DNA of 64,000 bases from a virus, in the IMG/VR virus record IMGVR_UViG_3300032738_000111, positions 1 through 64,000 of that record; one strand, 5' to 3'. A program made the position numbers and the translations under genes. This document shows, one piece after another, positions 63,194 to 64,000 of this stretch (position 1 is its first letter; every line of letters starts with the position of its first letter). Below the pieces are notes generated by a model. The model was not told the DNA's origin. It ran no database searches and saw only the letters and a list, made by a program, of their open reading frames with translations.

Positions 63194-64000
63194 TTAGCTG
63201 TCAGTGACTGTCTTCTCTACGCCGCCCCTGTATAGATGGACACCATCCGCCTCCATCCATATCATACCGTTGGCGAGGCTCGCGGGTGCGCCTGCCAAGT
63301 AAGGAACTGTCACCACACCGTCGCCGCGAATCTCCATGCCCGTCGCCTGCGAAGCGTACAGCTTGAAAAAGTCTTCGACTGGCATTGTCGGCGGGTCGCC
63401 TACGCGGGTGCGGACAACCTTGATGTAGTAAGCGTTGGTGAGGTCGGTTGCATCCGGCACCGAGCTATCCGACTTTGCCCAGCCGGTTAGCTCTGTGGTA
63501 TTCCAGTCTGCCAGGCCAGACATTGTACCATTCTGCGTACTATCATCGGGGAAGAATTCCACCCACACGCCATTCGCCTGCGAGTAGTACCATTCTAGGG
63601 CAAGGCTCTTACTGGAGCCGGTTGCCAGGATTATCTCGATGACCTCGAATGTAGCGTCATCACCGATGAGAATGTATTCGTTTGCCGCGTCCCAAATCTG
63701 GAGGTCATTGCCTGCTTCGAGGAAGGCGTTGCCATCGCCGGCAGCACCGTTGACCCTATCGGTCGTATTCTCATATCCATAGTCAGGGTCTGCTGCAGCG
63801 GCACCTGATACGTGCAGCGCTATGTCGAAACCGGTGCCGACATGCAGGGCCTGCTTTTCCAGATTGGACTGCACCTCAGTTGTCTCAAGAAATATGAGCG
63901 CGAGATTGCCAGCGGTGGCGCCCGACTCATCAACACTTATCTGCAATACCTGATTATGGTCGGCGGCCTGCAAAGCCCCCGTCTCGTAGAATATCTGGAT
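63194..64000 (-). CDS. Tail fibre-like protein, 5'-truncated by window edge
   Basis: Frame open to base 64000; C-terminal APASLANGMIWME..LY trimerisation-like motif. Confidence 0.55.
   Translation of the reverse strand: MQIFYETGALQAADHNQVLQISVDESGATAGNLALIFLETTEVQSNLEKQALHVGTGFDIALHVSGAAAADPDYGYENTTDRVNGAAGDGNAFLEAGNDLQIWDAANEYILIGDDATFEVIEIILATGSSKSLALEWYYSQANGVWVEFFPDDSTQNGTMSGLADWNTTELTGWAKSDSSVPDATDLTNAYYIKVVRTRVGDPPTMPVEDFFKLYASQATGMEIRGDGVVTVPYLAGAPASLANGMIWMEADGVHLYRGGVEKTVTDS

Noticed and set aside
52126-64000. Diversity-generating retroelement targeting tail fibres
   Set aside because: No reverse transcriptase and no TR/VR pair noticed.

Overview
The window is a contiguous stretch of a tailed dsDNA phage (Caudoviricetes-like). 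Essentially every credible gene lies on the minus strand, and no integrase or clear host flank is visible. Read in transcription order (64000 to 1): (1) tail/virion proteins, 52-64 kb; (2) lysis cassette with holins and amidase, then a terminator; (3) a sigma70-type promoter opening an early region of small ORFs, an excisionase-like HTH, an XRE regulator, a Gp3-like recombination protein and a RecB/Cas4-like nuclease; (4) a solo TnpB; (5) replication initiator plus DnaC-like loader; (6) DNA methyltransferases, including a C5 enzyme apparently split over two overlapping frames, a metallophosphoesterase and a nucleotide-metabolism protein; (7) separate sigma4 and sigma2 ORFs; (8) a structured RNA region with tRNA(CAT) flanked by two CCA-ended tRNA-like RNAs; (9) ParB-like protein, terminase, portal-MuF fusion, prohead protease and HK97 capsid; (10) a >10 kb accessory block with an HNH cassette and arrays of small paralogues, ending in a prepilin/DUF1559 protein, a truncated and rewired GluRS/GluQ-like enzyme and a secreted glycoside-hydrolase-like protein. 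The prepilin signature points to an Armatimonadota-like host (inference). The most promising novelties are the T-armless tRNA-Leu-like RNA, the rewired class I aaRS paralogue and its prepilin/GH cargo module, an apparently immobilised TnpB with an identifiable guide, a pseudoknot-like leader RNA used twice, and the split sigma factor. All assignments come from reading motifs by eye; no database searches were run.
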